Below, one piece after another: positions 1 through 12,718 of a DNA stretch of 64,000 nucleotides. The DNA comes from Octopus vulgaris (lineage: Eukaryota). How positions within the stretch are numbered: position 1 is the first letter of the stretch; each line of letters begins with the position of its first letter. The position numbers and the translations under genes were made by a program. The notes under the pieces were generated by a model that worked only from the letters and a program-made list of their open reading frames with translations, searched no databases and was not told the origin of the DNA. Location of the stretch: assembly GCA_951406725.2 (NCBI GenBank), contig OX597822.1:43276001-43340000 (forward strand), written 5' to 3'.

Positions 1-89
1 ATATATGCTTATAAAAACATATATCTATGCTTGTATATATGTATGTATATATATGTATGTAAATATGTATATATATATACATATATATA

Positions 90-145
<56 letters not shown>

Positions 146-181
146 AGTATATAGTGGACAAGAGAGAGAGAGACGAAGGGT

Positions 182-213
<32 letters not shown>

Positions 214-552
214 GAGAAAGCAAGATAGAGACAGAGAGAAAAAGAATGGGAGAGAGAGAGAGAGATGGCGACAGAGAAAGGGATAAAGAAGGGTAAGCTG
301 AAAATGTATGTATCCAAGAGAGACATTAGCAATTTAGGCAGAAACGACAAGAGGATCAGCGCAGCGAAAGCAATTAACAGGAAAATAGCAGTAGATTAGG
401 AGAAATAATTAAAAGACATGGATTATTGCCTCCTCTTATTAATTTTCTTTGCCATCTCAGACACGCGCACCTCCTACAGCTTTCTCAATTCAATTAATTC
501 ACATAACTTACAAATGCTTACGAACAACATAGAAGCATACACATGTAGGTGT

Positions 553-591
553 GTGTATGTCTACATATATATATATATATATATACATACA

Positions 592-625
<34 letters not shown>

Positions 626-633
626 CATATACA

Positions 634-709
<76 letters not shown>

Positions 710-882
710 TATATATATACATATACACATATATATGTATATATATATATATATGTAGCAATTTATACATTCACACATATAGCTACATCTATGAATATAC
801 GTATATCCATATATATGTATGTGTATATATATATACACACATATTCATACATACATATATATATATATGTTCATATATATAT

Positions 883-930
<48 letters not shown>

Positions 931-1075
931 GTGTAGCAATTTATACATGCATACATATAGATACATCTATGAATATATGTATGTGTGTGTGTGTATGTTT
1001 GGGCGCGTGTGCGCATGTGTGTTTGTGTGTGTGTATGTACGTATTTATGGAAGTCTCTCTCTCTCTCTCTCTCTG

Positions 1076-1111
<36 letters not shown>
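553..1111. repeat. Compound (TA)n/(TACA)n/(TG)n microsatellite; representative of dozens of similar tracts in the window
   Basis: Directly visible dinucleotide runs; source of the YIYI-type ORFs. Confidence 0.95.
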
Positions 1112-1115
<4 letters not shown>

Positions 1116-1587
1116 CACATCGTCGGTTTATGTGAGATTATCGAACATGTAACGAATGAAAACTTTTAAAGTTTCATCTAAGAAAGTCCAATCAGTAAGG
1201 AACTGAATCATTTCTTAATCTTGGCCATCTTGGTTTTTCATCCTTCATTTTTGATGTTGCGTCTTCTGTTTGTCGTTGCTTAAATCTTCGCAGATTATCT
1301 TTAAACTGACGTGGATTTCTAGATGATATTCTTTCTAGATGCGGATCGAGATCCCTCTGAAGTCAACTACGCGTTTCATGCGGCAATCCCATTCAAGTAC
1401 AAGCAATGGTGTAATCGACTCTCTCTATCATGCACAGTGAATGTCCTATACCTATAAAGGAAATGATTATTTAAGGTTAAAAAAGAAACCCAAAACGGTT
1501 GTCAAGTCGTGTGCGTGGGGGCAAATACAAAGACACACCCACACACCTACTCCCATATATATATATATACATATATATATGCATATA

Positions 1588-1637
<50 letters not shown>

Positions 1638-2069
1638 AATGAGATAGGGGTTGAAAATTCAACCCACCATGGGATAATATATATCCAATATACTGCTAGA
1701 TAGGTACCCAACAAAAATAATACATAGATGTTAAAAATTGTCAAGCAATCAGTTCATCTTTTTTGTTTATCTAAGTGCTAGTTGTTGCTTGTGATTTTGT
1801 ATGTGTATAAGTGTATGTATATACATATAACTATGTGTGTATGTGCGATTGATCTGTAGATGCGTGTGTGAATATTGGCGTTCCTTGACTAACCAACCGT
1901 ATAATTTTCTTTTGTGATTTAAATTTCAAACCAATAGCCAATCGAATTAATCTAAATTTTCTTTACCTAGTGGTCAGCATTTCTTAACTCATAGTTATTT
2001 CGATCTTGAAAGGATGGACTTGGTGCTAACTTAACTGTATCTATTTTTAGTATTTTTTTATTATTATTA

Positions 2070-2119
<50 letters not shown>

Positions 2120-2452
2120 AGTAATTTTTATTAACTTTTATAGCTTTAGAATTTTATGAACTGTACCACGGATTTAATTATTATTTTTCATCTCCATATG
2201 TGTTAGCCCTTTTTTTATAAATAAAACTATTAGCCAAATATGTATAATATCGGTACTTATTAATATTAATATATACACTGTTATATATTTTGTTTTATAT
2301 TGTTCTGTTTACCTTCCTTTTTGTACAAATGTGTATTATATTATATAAGTGTAGCATTATGATGTATAAGTTTTTATATTTTACATTTTTATATTTTTAT
2401 ATTTATATGTATATGATTATATAATATTTTTCACTATTATAACAAATTTAAT

Positions 2453-2572
2453 TTAATTCTCTGAAGAGGCCGTGGGGCATCCTTGTTAATGCCTCATTTA
2501 TACCTGCCTTTATGGCTTATAGGTTAAATGAGGTATGACTGTCCTCACTGCCGAAACAGCTGTCAGTTTTGA
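2453..2572 (+). ncRNA. Type I hammerhead ribozyme motif with long stem II
   Basis: CTGAAGA (2461-2467), stem II GGC...GCC extended by an ~85-nt hairpin (ATGCCTCATTTA/TAAATGAGGTAT), GAAA (2553-2556), palindromic stem III A-C-AGCT-G-T, GTC cleavage triplet (2562-2564). Stem I is partly eroded. Confidence 0.7.
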
Positions 2573-3020
2573 TTTATTTGCATATTATATTTGAAATTTT
2601 TTACTTATATCTCTTTATCTTTTTACTTTTACTATTACTGTATATCTCATTTCATTTTATATATTGCCTTTACTCATATGTAATGGTGTATTAAAGTATG
2701 GATTGAGTATCATCGGATAGTTGATGTTTTACTGATTTAAGTATGTTTCTCCATTCTCTAATTTTGTTATATATATATATATATATATATATATGTCTAT
2801 ATATATATATGTTTGTATATATATATACATAGCTGAAATTTATAGAAAAGCAAAGACGAAGGCGGGTGTATAAACAGCAAGCAGGTGTATTAGTTTGATG
2901 CTCGGGAAGGTGGGAGGGTCTTTTACGTTTCGAGCCTACGCCCTCCAACGGAAAGGAATAAGAGAAAATAAATACACACACACACGAACACACATATGTA
3001 TGTTGATTTATGTATATATA

Positions 3021-3070
<50 letters not shown>

Positions 3071-3129
3071 GATATTGTTGGCATCCTTTTTGTCCCGGGA
3101 GACAATGGAGTTGCGCATATAGATATATA

Positions 3130-3169
<40 letters not shown>

Positions 3170-3211
3170 TGTATATACTTTATTTAAAGCAACAGAAAAA
3201 TTCAACAAAAG

Positions 3212-3249
3212 CTGTTACTCTGAGTTTCCCGTTGCCGTTGATCGGACAG
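3212..3249 (-). ncRNA. Degenerate minimal hammerhead motif (CCGANGA class)
   Basis: Minus strand reads CTGT-CCGATCA-ACG GCAA CGG-GAAA-CTCAGAG-TA-ACAG; stem I CTGT/ACAG is intact; core has a G8->C change. Confidence 0.45.
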
Positions 3250-3394
3250 TTTTTGCTAGATTGTTTGTATATATATATATATAAAGAGAGAGAGAGAGAG
3301 TGAGAGAATCAATTTAAATAAAGGAATAAAATTATCGGAAACAAGAGGACGTGCACAAGCAATGTATTAATTTGAAACTCAGTATAAAGAGGGA

Positions 3395-3428
3395 GTTTGA
3401 CATTTCGAGCATAGCTCTTCGCCGGAAA
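3395..3428 (-). ncRNA. Degenerate minimal hammerhead motif (CCGANGA-A class)
   Basis: Minus strand reads TTT-CCGGCGA-A-GAGC TAT GCTC-GAAA-TG-TC-AAA; related to 12821-12857 and to a more decayed copy at 2921-2955. Confidence 0.45.
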
Positions 3429-3489
3429 GGGGAAATAGGGAAGTCCAAAGAAGGAAAAGAAATCGCCTATGACTATGAATCCTCATTTG

Positions 3490-3658
3490 TACTGATCATC
3501 ATAGGTGCATTAGGTTATGTGCCAACCAATTTGCACAAAACCTAGAAATACTCAGCTTCACGGCAAAAAGGTAAAAGAAATTGATGTGGATTCTCCACAT
3601 CCAAGCTATTAGCGGCACAGTGAAAAATTTTAAGACATCCCCAAAGTTCTCCATGTAA
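3490..3658 (+). mobile_element. R4/Dong/NeSL-like non-LTR retrotransposon, C-terminal fragment of the restriction-like endonuclease
   Basis: Translates (with frameshift) LIIIGALGYVPTNLHK...QAISGTVK, matching the PIIIGALG.VP...LQK.A..GT C-terminus of RLE elements. Confidence 0.55.
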
Positions 3659-3994
3659 GATTCTTATGTAAATAGGTACGTACACTTGGATCGACAGTTC
3701 AACCAACGCACCAACTCAGCCACATATTTAGAAACACCGGGAACTCTCTTAGCTCAAAAATTCTTGCTGCTTTGTTAGGAACTGTCTCAAGAACAACTTA
3801 AATTAAACTCAAAGAAAAATCATACATGCGTACAAACATACATGCATACATGTATGCATACACACACACATACATACATGCATATGTGTAAAATACAAAA
3901 TATATAAATGAAATGAAGTGACGGTGAATGGAAAAATAAGTGAAAAAAAAATAAACGAAATAAATAATTAAATAAATACAAGTATAACTAAAGC

Positions 3995-4200
3995 CAAAGA
4001 ACCAAAAATTAGGAAACGTTATGTGACCTGGTTAAATCCTTTATTCTCTTTGTTATCCAAGATAACATGCCAAAAATATTCTTTGACATCCTGAATATAT
4101 ACTTTCACTCACAAATTATTTAAAACTGTTAAACTTTCATATTTTACATCAACAAATTTAGTAAATAACGTAGCTGCTGCTAACCATCATAAACTAAGAT
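3995..4200 (+). mobile_element. Degraded Penelope-like element fragment (RT-endonuclease linker)
   Basis: Translates KIRKRYVTWLNPLFS...TVKLSY, similar to the RKR.I.WFNPPFS...TVKLSYSC linker of PLEs. Confidence 0.4.
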
Positions 4201-4261
4201 CACAAAGCTTAAAACAAGACAATAGTTCAACATTTAGTACTCACAGTAGCATTATTATTAC

Positions 4262-4324
<63 letters not shown>

Positions 4325-4344
4325 CCTCATTATTATTATTATAG

Positions 4345-4420
4345 TGATAATCGAGAAAGAAAGCAAAATCACCAAGTACTCCAAATTGAAAGTGGAAATG
4401 GCAAGACTATGGAATGTGAG
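4345..4420 (+). mobile_element. R4/Dong-like RLE domain fragment adjacent to (ATT)n
   Basis: Translates IIEKESKITKYSKLKVEMARLWNV (K..KY..L..E..RLW motif). Confidence 0.45.
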
Positions 4421-4509
4421 AGCGTAATGTAAAAGTGAAACCAGTGGTGATTTGGGCGTTGGGCTCAATCCCATTGAAACTTCAAAACTTCTTAAGGCAA
4501 CTGGAAATG

Positions 4510-4883
4510 AGTCGATTAGATCGACCCCAATGCGAAACAGGCATTTAATCCATCGATCCCGAAAGGTTGAAAGGCAATTTCGACCTCAGCGAAATTTGGA
4601 CTCAGAACGTAGAAGCAGACGAAATTCAGCTAAGCATTTCATCCAGCATTCTAATGATTCTGCCAGCTCACCGCCTTCTGTATGATGATAATAATCCTTT
4701 CTATTATACGCACAAGGTCCGAAATTCGAAGGAGTGTTATAGTCGATTTCATCGACCTCTGTACTCAACTGGTACTTAGTTTATTGACCCTGAAAGGATG
4801 AAAGGTAAAGTCGACCTCGGCGGAATTTGAACTCAGATCGTAGCGACTGGTGAAATACCGCTAAGCATTTGTCCAGCGTGCTA
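4510..4883 (-). mobile_element. Two tandem copies of tRNA-derived SINE family C
   Basis: Reverse complement of the recurrent consensus AAGGCGGCGAGCTGGCAGAA...GAGTTCAAATTCCGCCGAGGTCGACTTTGCCTTTCATCC, with a B-box-like GTTCAAATTCC. Confidence 0.8.
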
Positions 4884-4969
4884 AGACACGCACACACGCA
4901 CGCACGCATTTAGCGACTATTAATATAAGTGGTACAAATTGAAAGGCCTACTGACATACATACATATAC

Positions 4970-5039
<70 letters not shown>

Positions 5040-5073
5040 GCATGTATATATATATATACATATATATACATAC

Positions 5074-5112
<39 letters not shown>

Positions 5113-6500
5113 CGTTGCCCAGGTATGTAAGAGCCCCTAGTAGGCAACGACTAATCCCAATCTAGTCCTTTCCCTCTGGGGAACGAAGGCGCATGTGTAG
5201 GTTGCAATGTCTTCTCTTCACTCCAATACTTCTGTGTATACGATGTTCCTAGCTGTCCCTTTGGGCGAAAACATGAAAACATCATTGCGCCTCCCAATGC
5301 GTGAACAGCCCACGTAAAGTTGACCGTGGGCGAAGCATTGTTCGCCCAAATGTAACCCAGCTACTTGTAGCGTTTGACCTTGGGATTTATTGATGGACAT
5401 TGCGAAGCAGAGTTTAACAGGAAACTGTGAACGCCTGAAGTGGATTGGTAGGTCAGCGCCCGACGGTTGAAGGTGCATAATAAAAAGGAACAAGGGGTAA
5501 GTATCCCAAAATGTATAAAAATGTACAAAAACAGCAAAAAAGCGGGCAGCAATGTGAGTGACAACAACGAAAAAGTCGAAAGTGACCAAACTGAACAAAC
5601 GAATGGAAAAGGTTTTTTGGTGCACACGACAAAAGTGGCTTAGAATAAACCAAGAGTTTGCAAGTAGTGTCCAAAAATTTAAGGTAAAACGTTTGGGGTG
5701 GTAGTTATAAAGAAAGTTTACACAAAAAAAAGTATTCGAATAACTTGCGGCTGCAGCAGCTATTAGCAGAAGTGGCAGTGTTGGGGGTAAAGTCTCGAAT
5801 GTAATTTCTTCCTGGTAGGAATTGGTTGGGTTGAATTTTCGATAGCTGTTTGATAGTTATTTGGGAGTGTAAGAGAGTTAAAAAGGTCGAGTTGCATCCC
5901 CTAGACAGTCTGTGGTTTGCGTTTAATACACAAATCGGTTTACTATGTGTGCCACATATGATTTAATTAACCGATTTTTTCCAGTAATAAAGTATCCTAT
6001 TGGAATAAAAAGGGCCATATAGCTCCCTGGAGTAGACATGATGCTCGCTGTGAATTTAAAAAGAAATTCCTGCCAATTTGTGAAAGATATTGTCGAAAAT
6101 ATGTCATCTTGAATTTCCCAAAATGGCATGATTTTATCGATTTTTTTCTGATGGTAAGGTATTGCATGGAAAACTAACGTCAGAATTAAGTTTCTTAGAG
6201 TAGCATTAAGTTTCACAATGAGTTTGGTTAAAATCGATTGCAAGTAGCGAAAACTACAACAGAAAATGTGTTGCATATAAAAAGCTTAGATTCTCGACTC
6301 CATGTCGAATTTATCTATTTTTTTTCAGAACTGGGGGAACTTTTCAAAATTTTCGCTGCATTAGTTTTGAATTATGACATTGGGCTATATGTATGTGTCA
6401 AGTTTCATCAGAATTGGTTGAAAGCCGTGGTCAGGGTGAGGGTACAACCTGACAGACACACATACACACAGACAGACAAACTGCCGTTTATATATATATA
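5113..6500 (-). mobile_element. Non-autonomous Helitron (longer copy) retaining the RepHel helicase C-terminus
   Basis: Homologous to 41091-41894 over both arms. The 3' CTAG terminus is lost into (TA)n. Confidence 0.85.
5218..5478 (-). pseudogene. Helitron PIF1-like helicase C-terminal fragment
   Basis: DLPIHFRRSQFPVKLCFAMSINKSQGQTL...FAHGQLYVGCSR...TARNIVYTEVLE* (helicase motifs V/VI and the canonical Helitron C-terminus). Confidence 0.9.
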
Positions 6501-6845
6501 TATATATATAATCATATGTGAATGAACACATGCAAATATGGCGGCCCGAAAACATAATCATGTCAATGCGAAATTATCTAACTATCAATCTATGTACATA
6601 TACATTATATACATGCGCACACACAACCGCACTCAGTGAATGGTAAGAAAAGCAGGACAGTGTGAATAAACAGTAAAAACAAACGATAAGTGTTGTTAAG
6701 TCATAACGGGGTGAAGTGTGAATGCTGGAGAAACAAGCTTTGAGAAGAGACAGGCAAAAGCACATCGTGTCTTTTTGAAAAAGTGGAAGAAAGAAAGATA
6801 GCAGTTGGTTAAGTGTGAGCAACGGGAGAGTCAAGGAGGAAGAGT

Positions 6846-6884
<39 letters not shown>

Positions 6885-7129
6885 GGAACGATGAAGCGGA
6901 GAGGAGAAGAATTAGAGAAAGAGTGGGAGAGAAAAACAGAAAGAAAGAACAAGAGAGGGAGACAGAATAGATATAGTTGTAGAGTGCTCGTCGGAATTAT
7001 TAAGATAAAAATTACTTGGAAATGGATGCGTGGCGTTCGATCATATAATATAATATAATATAATATAATATAATATAATATAATATAATATTATATATAT
7101 ATATACATATATATGCATTCTGAATGTTG

Positions 7130-7204
<75 letters not shown>

Positions 7205-7261
7205 TTAATAATAATAATGATACATACAAACATACATACATGCATACAATCATACAAACCT

Positions 7262-7535
7262 TGCCTTCTGTCGTTTACGACGACGAGTATTCCAGTTGAT
7301 CCGAACATCGGGACAGCCTGCTCGTGAAAGTAACGTGCCAGTGGTTGAGTATTCCACAGACACGCGTACCCTTAATTTAGTTCTCAGGGTGACACAAAAT
7401 GTGACAAGGCCAGCCTTTTAAATATAGGTACTACTTACTTTTGTCAAATGAGTGGAGATGGACTGACGCGACACACACCGCTCCGCCGAGAATCGAACTC
7501 CCGACCTTACGATCCCTAGCAACTAAGTGACGCCC
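7262..7535 (-). mobile_element. Degraded tRNA-derived SINE (family D-like head)
   Basis: Minus strand GGGCGTCACTTAGTTGCTAGGG...GGGAGTTCGATTCTCGG gives A/B-box-like motifs. Confidence 0.5.
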
Positions 7536-8487
7536 TTTCACGATACGTACATACACACACGCACACACACGCGCACACAGACGCACACACATACAAACCA
7601 TAATCTCATATTCGGTGGTCAGTGAATCGACGGGACACGGAAGGTCGACACCTCCGTTGAGATGCCGTGTATTTCCCCATTTCACTGAAACTATATGTCG
7701 TCATTTCTTATATATTATCTACTCTAATTAATTGCTGTCGTACGCTTTAATATTTCTGCATATTATAAACACAATATACATAATTACATGTGTATATATA
7801 TATATGTATATATGTATATACAAATATGCATATATATATGTATATACGTATAGGCATATATAAATATGTATATATACATATATATGTGTGTGCATATATA
7901 TGTATATATATATATATACATATAAGTTTGTATATATATATAAATATATATAAATGCGTATATATATATGGTTTATATATGCATATATATATGTATATAT
8001 ATATATATACATACGTATATAGACATACATATATATGTGTGTGTGAGTATGCATATGTCACAGTGCGTGCGCGCGCGTAAAGTTATACACGTGCATGTCC
8101 ATATGTATGTGAGTCCATATTCAATAATAGTAGAATGCAACTGTCCCCAATATTCAAGAGACAATATCATCACGTATCTCATCTACATTATCTGTAATTC
8201 AACCTGGCAATCGAGATGCTTTTCGTTGAAACGCCATATCGAGAACTATGAGACTTCTTTCGCTTTGTGCTCACGTGGATGAAATTCGATTTAGTTTCAG
8301 ATATGCTTAGCGCAAATTAAATGCGCGTTATTATAGCAAATACGCACATACACACACACATACACACGCATGCACGCATACACACACGCATTTAGTGACC
8401 ATTAATATAAGTGGCACAAATTGAAAGGCCCACTGACATACATACATACGTATATATAAGTATATATATATATGTGTGTGTGTGTAT

Positions 8488-8527
<40 letters not shown>

Positions 8528-8544
8528 GAATATATATATGTATA

Positions 8545-11116
8545 GAATATAGAATAACTTGTGTTTTTGGCCAGTATTGGCCCAGGCCATGTCTAACTTA
8601 ATAGCACCACCTGGCGAAGTCTTTCAGTTCAGGATTTGGGCACCAAGGCCCATTCGAGCAGAGAGTTATTGTTTGCGGAGACATATCCGGGTGTGGATGG
8701 TTTGTCCGGTACTGTTTGAAGGAATTTGTCCAAAGACTTCTTGAATTTTGTGTGGTAGTTTCTTTTTTGACGTGTCCTGGTGTAATGTTGAAGAGAGCGG
8801 TCCAATTGAGGTGAAATAGTTGTGCCGTATTGTCGTTATGTGATGCGATTTAGATTTTTGTTGTGGACGGATGGCACGTGGTAGCCTTGGATGCATTTTG
8901 AAGGTGATGCCAACATCATTCGGACAGTGCTGATGGAATATTTTCCACATCATACAGATAATGTAGCGTTCACGGCGTCGTTGGAGTGAATACAAATTCA
9001 GCTTCTCTAGTCTACCCCAGTAGTCAAGGTCTGACATGCCATCTATCTTTTTTGTGATTGACCTTTGGGGAGCTTCAATTCTCATAATATTTTGTTTTGT
9101 GTAGGGAGACCACAGTGGACAGCAGTATTCAAGGTGGGGTCGGGCAAAAGTGGAGAAGAGAAGGATAATAGCGTGGGAATCTCTCGACTGGAAGGTTCTG
9201 AGAATCCAGGAACACATTCTGCGGGCCATGTCAACTTTGCTGCTTATATGTGTAGCCCAGCTTATGTTGTTGTCCACTGTTACTCCCAGGTCTCTGATGT
9301 TGTTGGATGCCATGAGAATTTCTCCAGAAGGAAGAGAGTATGGGAGTTTCAGAGCGTCCTCCCTTCCAAAGTGGATCAGTTCGAATTTGTCTTTATTTAG
9401 CAACATGTTATTCTTTTCCGCCCATTGGACAACAGCTAGTAGGTCTGACTGAAGGTTTATTCGGTCATCCACGCCATTGATGACCTTCTGGAGCTTGGAA
9501 TCATCAGCGAAGGTTCTGATGTTGCTGTGTTTGATGGTGTCAGTAATATCATTTATGTAGATGATGAAAAGAAGTGGGCCCAACACAGTGCCTTGTGGGA
9601 CACCACTGCTGACTTTGGCTGGGCTGGATTTGACTCCTTCGACTACAACATGTTGGGTTCTGTTAGAGAGGAAGCACTTGATCCATTGCAGCAGCTTTCC
9701 AGTGACACCAATATTGGACAGCTTTCTCAGAAGGATCTTATGATCAACCCTGTCAAAGGCCTTGCTGAAATCAAGGTAGATGACATCAGTGTTGGAACCC
9801 TCTCCCAAGGCTCTCAAAATGTCATCAAAATGATGCAGTAGCTGCGTCAGGCAATCTCTCCCATTACGGAATCCATGCTGGTTGGGGTTCAGCATATTAT
9901 GACTCTCAAGGAAGTGAGTCATACGCGATCTCAGCACCCTCTCAAATACCTTGATGATATGAGAGGTGAGTGATATTGGACGGTAATTCACGGCAAGCGA
10001 TTTGTTTCCTTTTTTGAAAACTGGGACAACAGACTGGGATAGAAGGTCTTCTGGTATATATCCAGCATCCAATGAGTTCCGCCACAGATTGGCTAGAGGG
10101 GGTGCAAGTTGGTTTTGACACATCTTCAAGACACAAGCAGGGAACCTATCGGGACCTACTGCTGAATTATGCTTCATTTCCTTTATTGCTGCTAAGACAT
10201 CAGGAGCGCCAAATGTTATGTCTGATAAAGTGTATTGGGGAGTAACATCACTGATACAGCCCAGATCAGTCATATCAGGATTGCTGAAAACAGAGCAATA
10301 TTGTTTCTGCAATATATCTCCCATGGTTTTGGCATTGTCTTGAAGAATACCATTTTCATCAATCAGAGGGCCAACAGTAGAACCAGTGACTCTGTGTTTT
10401 TTTGCAAATGAAAAGAACACTTTGGGATTGAGTTTGATCTTCTCAATGGCCCAGGCCTCTTCAGCTCTTCGCTGACTATTGATGATAGACATCATGTTGT
10501 TTTGGAGTTTATGTTTTTTAATCTCTAGCGACGAGATGGCAGTCAGGTTGGTGTGTTGCTGTTGACAGTATTTCAGCACGTTGATCTTTTTGTTGATTCT
10601 TTTAATTTTCCTTATGAGAGATTTTCTATTTCTAGGGATTCGACACTTAGATTTGTTTGCAGATCTTAATGGGGTGTGTCTTGCACATATGTTCGTGATG
10701 GTGTCTACAAGTGACTGCCAGGACTTTTTGATGTTAGTGGGTGTGTATGTGTGCGTGAAGGACCAATCGACTTGTGCAAGATCATTATTGATCGCTTCCC
10801 AGTTTGCATTGTGGAAATCCATAGTGTCAAATGGATGAACAGGAGGGATGACATTTGTTTTGCATTTTGGCCAGTGAAATCTCAGATCACAGAGAACCAT
10901 GTCATGGTCGGAGAGTAGGGTTTTCTCCACTGCAATATTGTGGATAGTATCAGTGTGATTGCTGAAAATTAAGTCTAAGACGTTTTTGTGACATCTCGTT
11001 GGTTCGAGTACCAGTTGGGACAAGAAGAAGTCATCCATGAAGTCAAGAAGCGATTCCACTGCCTCCCTGTCAGGGGTTGAGAGAGAAGAACCTGGCGGCA
11101 GACTGTTTGTAGACCA

Positions 11117-11118
<2 letters not shown>
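8545..11118 (-). mobile_element. 5'-truncated CR1-like (Jockey/CR1/L2 group) LINE, copy 1
   Basis: ORF2 from the APE endonuclease C-terminus ([13 protein letters not shown]...SDH) through the RT; 3' UTR CATGGCCTGGGCCAATACTGGCC; embedded in (TA)n. Confidence 0.92.
8666..11118 (-). CDS. LINE ORF2 (partial APE endonuclease + reverse transcriptase), N-terminally truncated, frameshifted near the C-terminus
   Basis: [60 protein letters not shown]. The first ~146 aa of the 963-aa track ORF are microsatellite read-through. Confidence 0.9.
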
Positions 11119-11204
<86 letters not shown>

Positions 11205-11210
11205 TTATAT

Positions 11211-11282
<72 letters not shown>

Positions 11283-11333
11283 GAATATATATATTTGTAT
11301 ATGTATATATATATGTATATATATATATACACA

Positions 11334-11371
<38 letters not shown>

Positions 11372-11398
11372 TATGATATATATATATATATGTATATG

Positions 11399-11481
<83 letters not shown>

Positions 11482-11623
11482 TATGTATATATAAATTTAT
11501 AAGCATGTATAAATGAACACATACAAATATGGCGGCCCGAAAACACAATCGTGTCAATGCGAATTATCTAACTATCAATCTATGTACATATACATCATAT
11601 ACATGCGTACACACAAACACACG

Positions 11624-11660
<37 letters not shown>

Positions 11661-12149
11661 TGTATATACGTTTTACATTTGCTCTGTCTTTCTTTCTAAA
11701 TATATATATGCGTGTGTGTGTGTGTGTGTGTGTACGCACATGCGCATTGATACAAACACATACTCTCTGCCATGCGTAGACACGGAGTAGATAGATACAC
11801 AAAGGAATGGACAGTGTTACTATTCATCTGCATACGAATGTGTGCCTGCTCACATGAGCATGGAGATACATATCTGTATTCGTGGGTCCTTTATAGATAT
11901 ACAATGGTGATAATTGATAAAGGTGTTCTATAATATATTAGCATTCAATAGCTATCCATTTGTATTAAAACGTGAGTGGGAGAGCATTCTGTTGGAAATC
12001 GCAGCTACAACAGAGATTTGGTTCAACAGTAATTCATTTGCTACACGAAAGTTCATGTGATTTTGTATGCGCGTAACGCGCACGTATACAAATATACAAT
12101 ACAATACAATACATACATACATACATACATACATACATACATACATACA

Positions 12150-12181
<32 letters not shown>

Positions 12182-12337
12182 CACGCGTACACAGGCACAT
12201 GCGCTCACAAGCATATATACATACATACATACATGTATTGCTCTATATAGTAACTCGACTTATAATATCATTTTAGTGATTTAAATATACGCATATATAT
12301 ATATATATGCATCAATAAGACATATATGTACATACCT

Positions 12338-12636
12338 GGAGGCGCAATGGCCCAGTGGTTAGAGCAGCGGACTCGCGGTCCTAGAATCGGGGTTTCGATT
12401 CCCAGATCGGGTGTTGTGAGCGAAAACACCTAAAGTTCCACGAGGTCCTGGCAAGGAGTGGTTGAGATCCCGGCTGTATGCTTTCACCACAAATTTTTCT
12501 CACTCATTCTTCTGCTGGCCTGCTCGCTTAGCCAGCGGGGTGGCGTCATTGAAGACTAAAACAATGCGAAGCGCATGTGACCAGCGATGTGTAGCGACAT
12601 CTGATGGCCTGGTGGGTCACATGATCACGTGATCAC
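12338..12636 (+). mobile_element. tRNA-derived SINE family B
   Basis: A box TGGCCCAGTGG, B box GGTTTCGATTCC, tail GTCACATGATCACGTGATC; homologous to 57109-57410 and 43995-44112. Confidence 0.85.
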
Positions 12637-12649
12637 TTGATGTACATAC

Positions 12650-12718
<69 letters not shown>

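Noticed and set aside
418-1169. YIYI/HTHT-type ORFs here and throughout the track
   Set aside because: Stop-free translations of dinucleotide microsatellites.
7600-7705. Long hairpin followed by GAAACTATATGTC (3' half of a hammerhead)
   Set aside because: No recognisable CUGANGA strand or stem I; at best a decayed relic.
11119-11557. N-terminal part of the 963-aa ORF as a novel domain fused to RT
   Set aside because: (TA)n read-through upstream of a 5'-truncated LINE.
12338-12412. tRNA gene-like A/B boxes
   Set aside because: Head of a SINE; continues into the SINE body without an acceptor stem or terminator.
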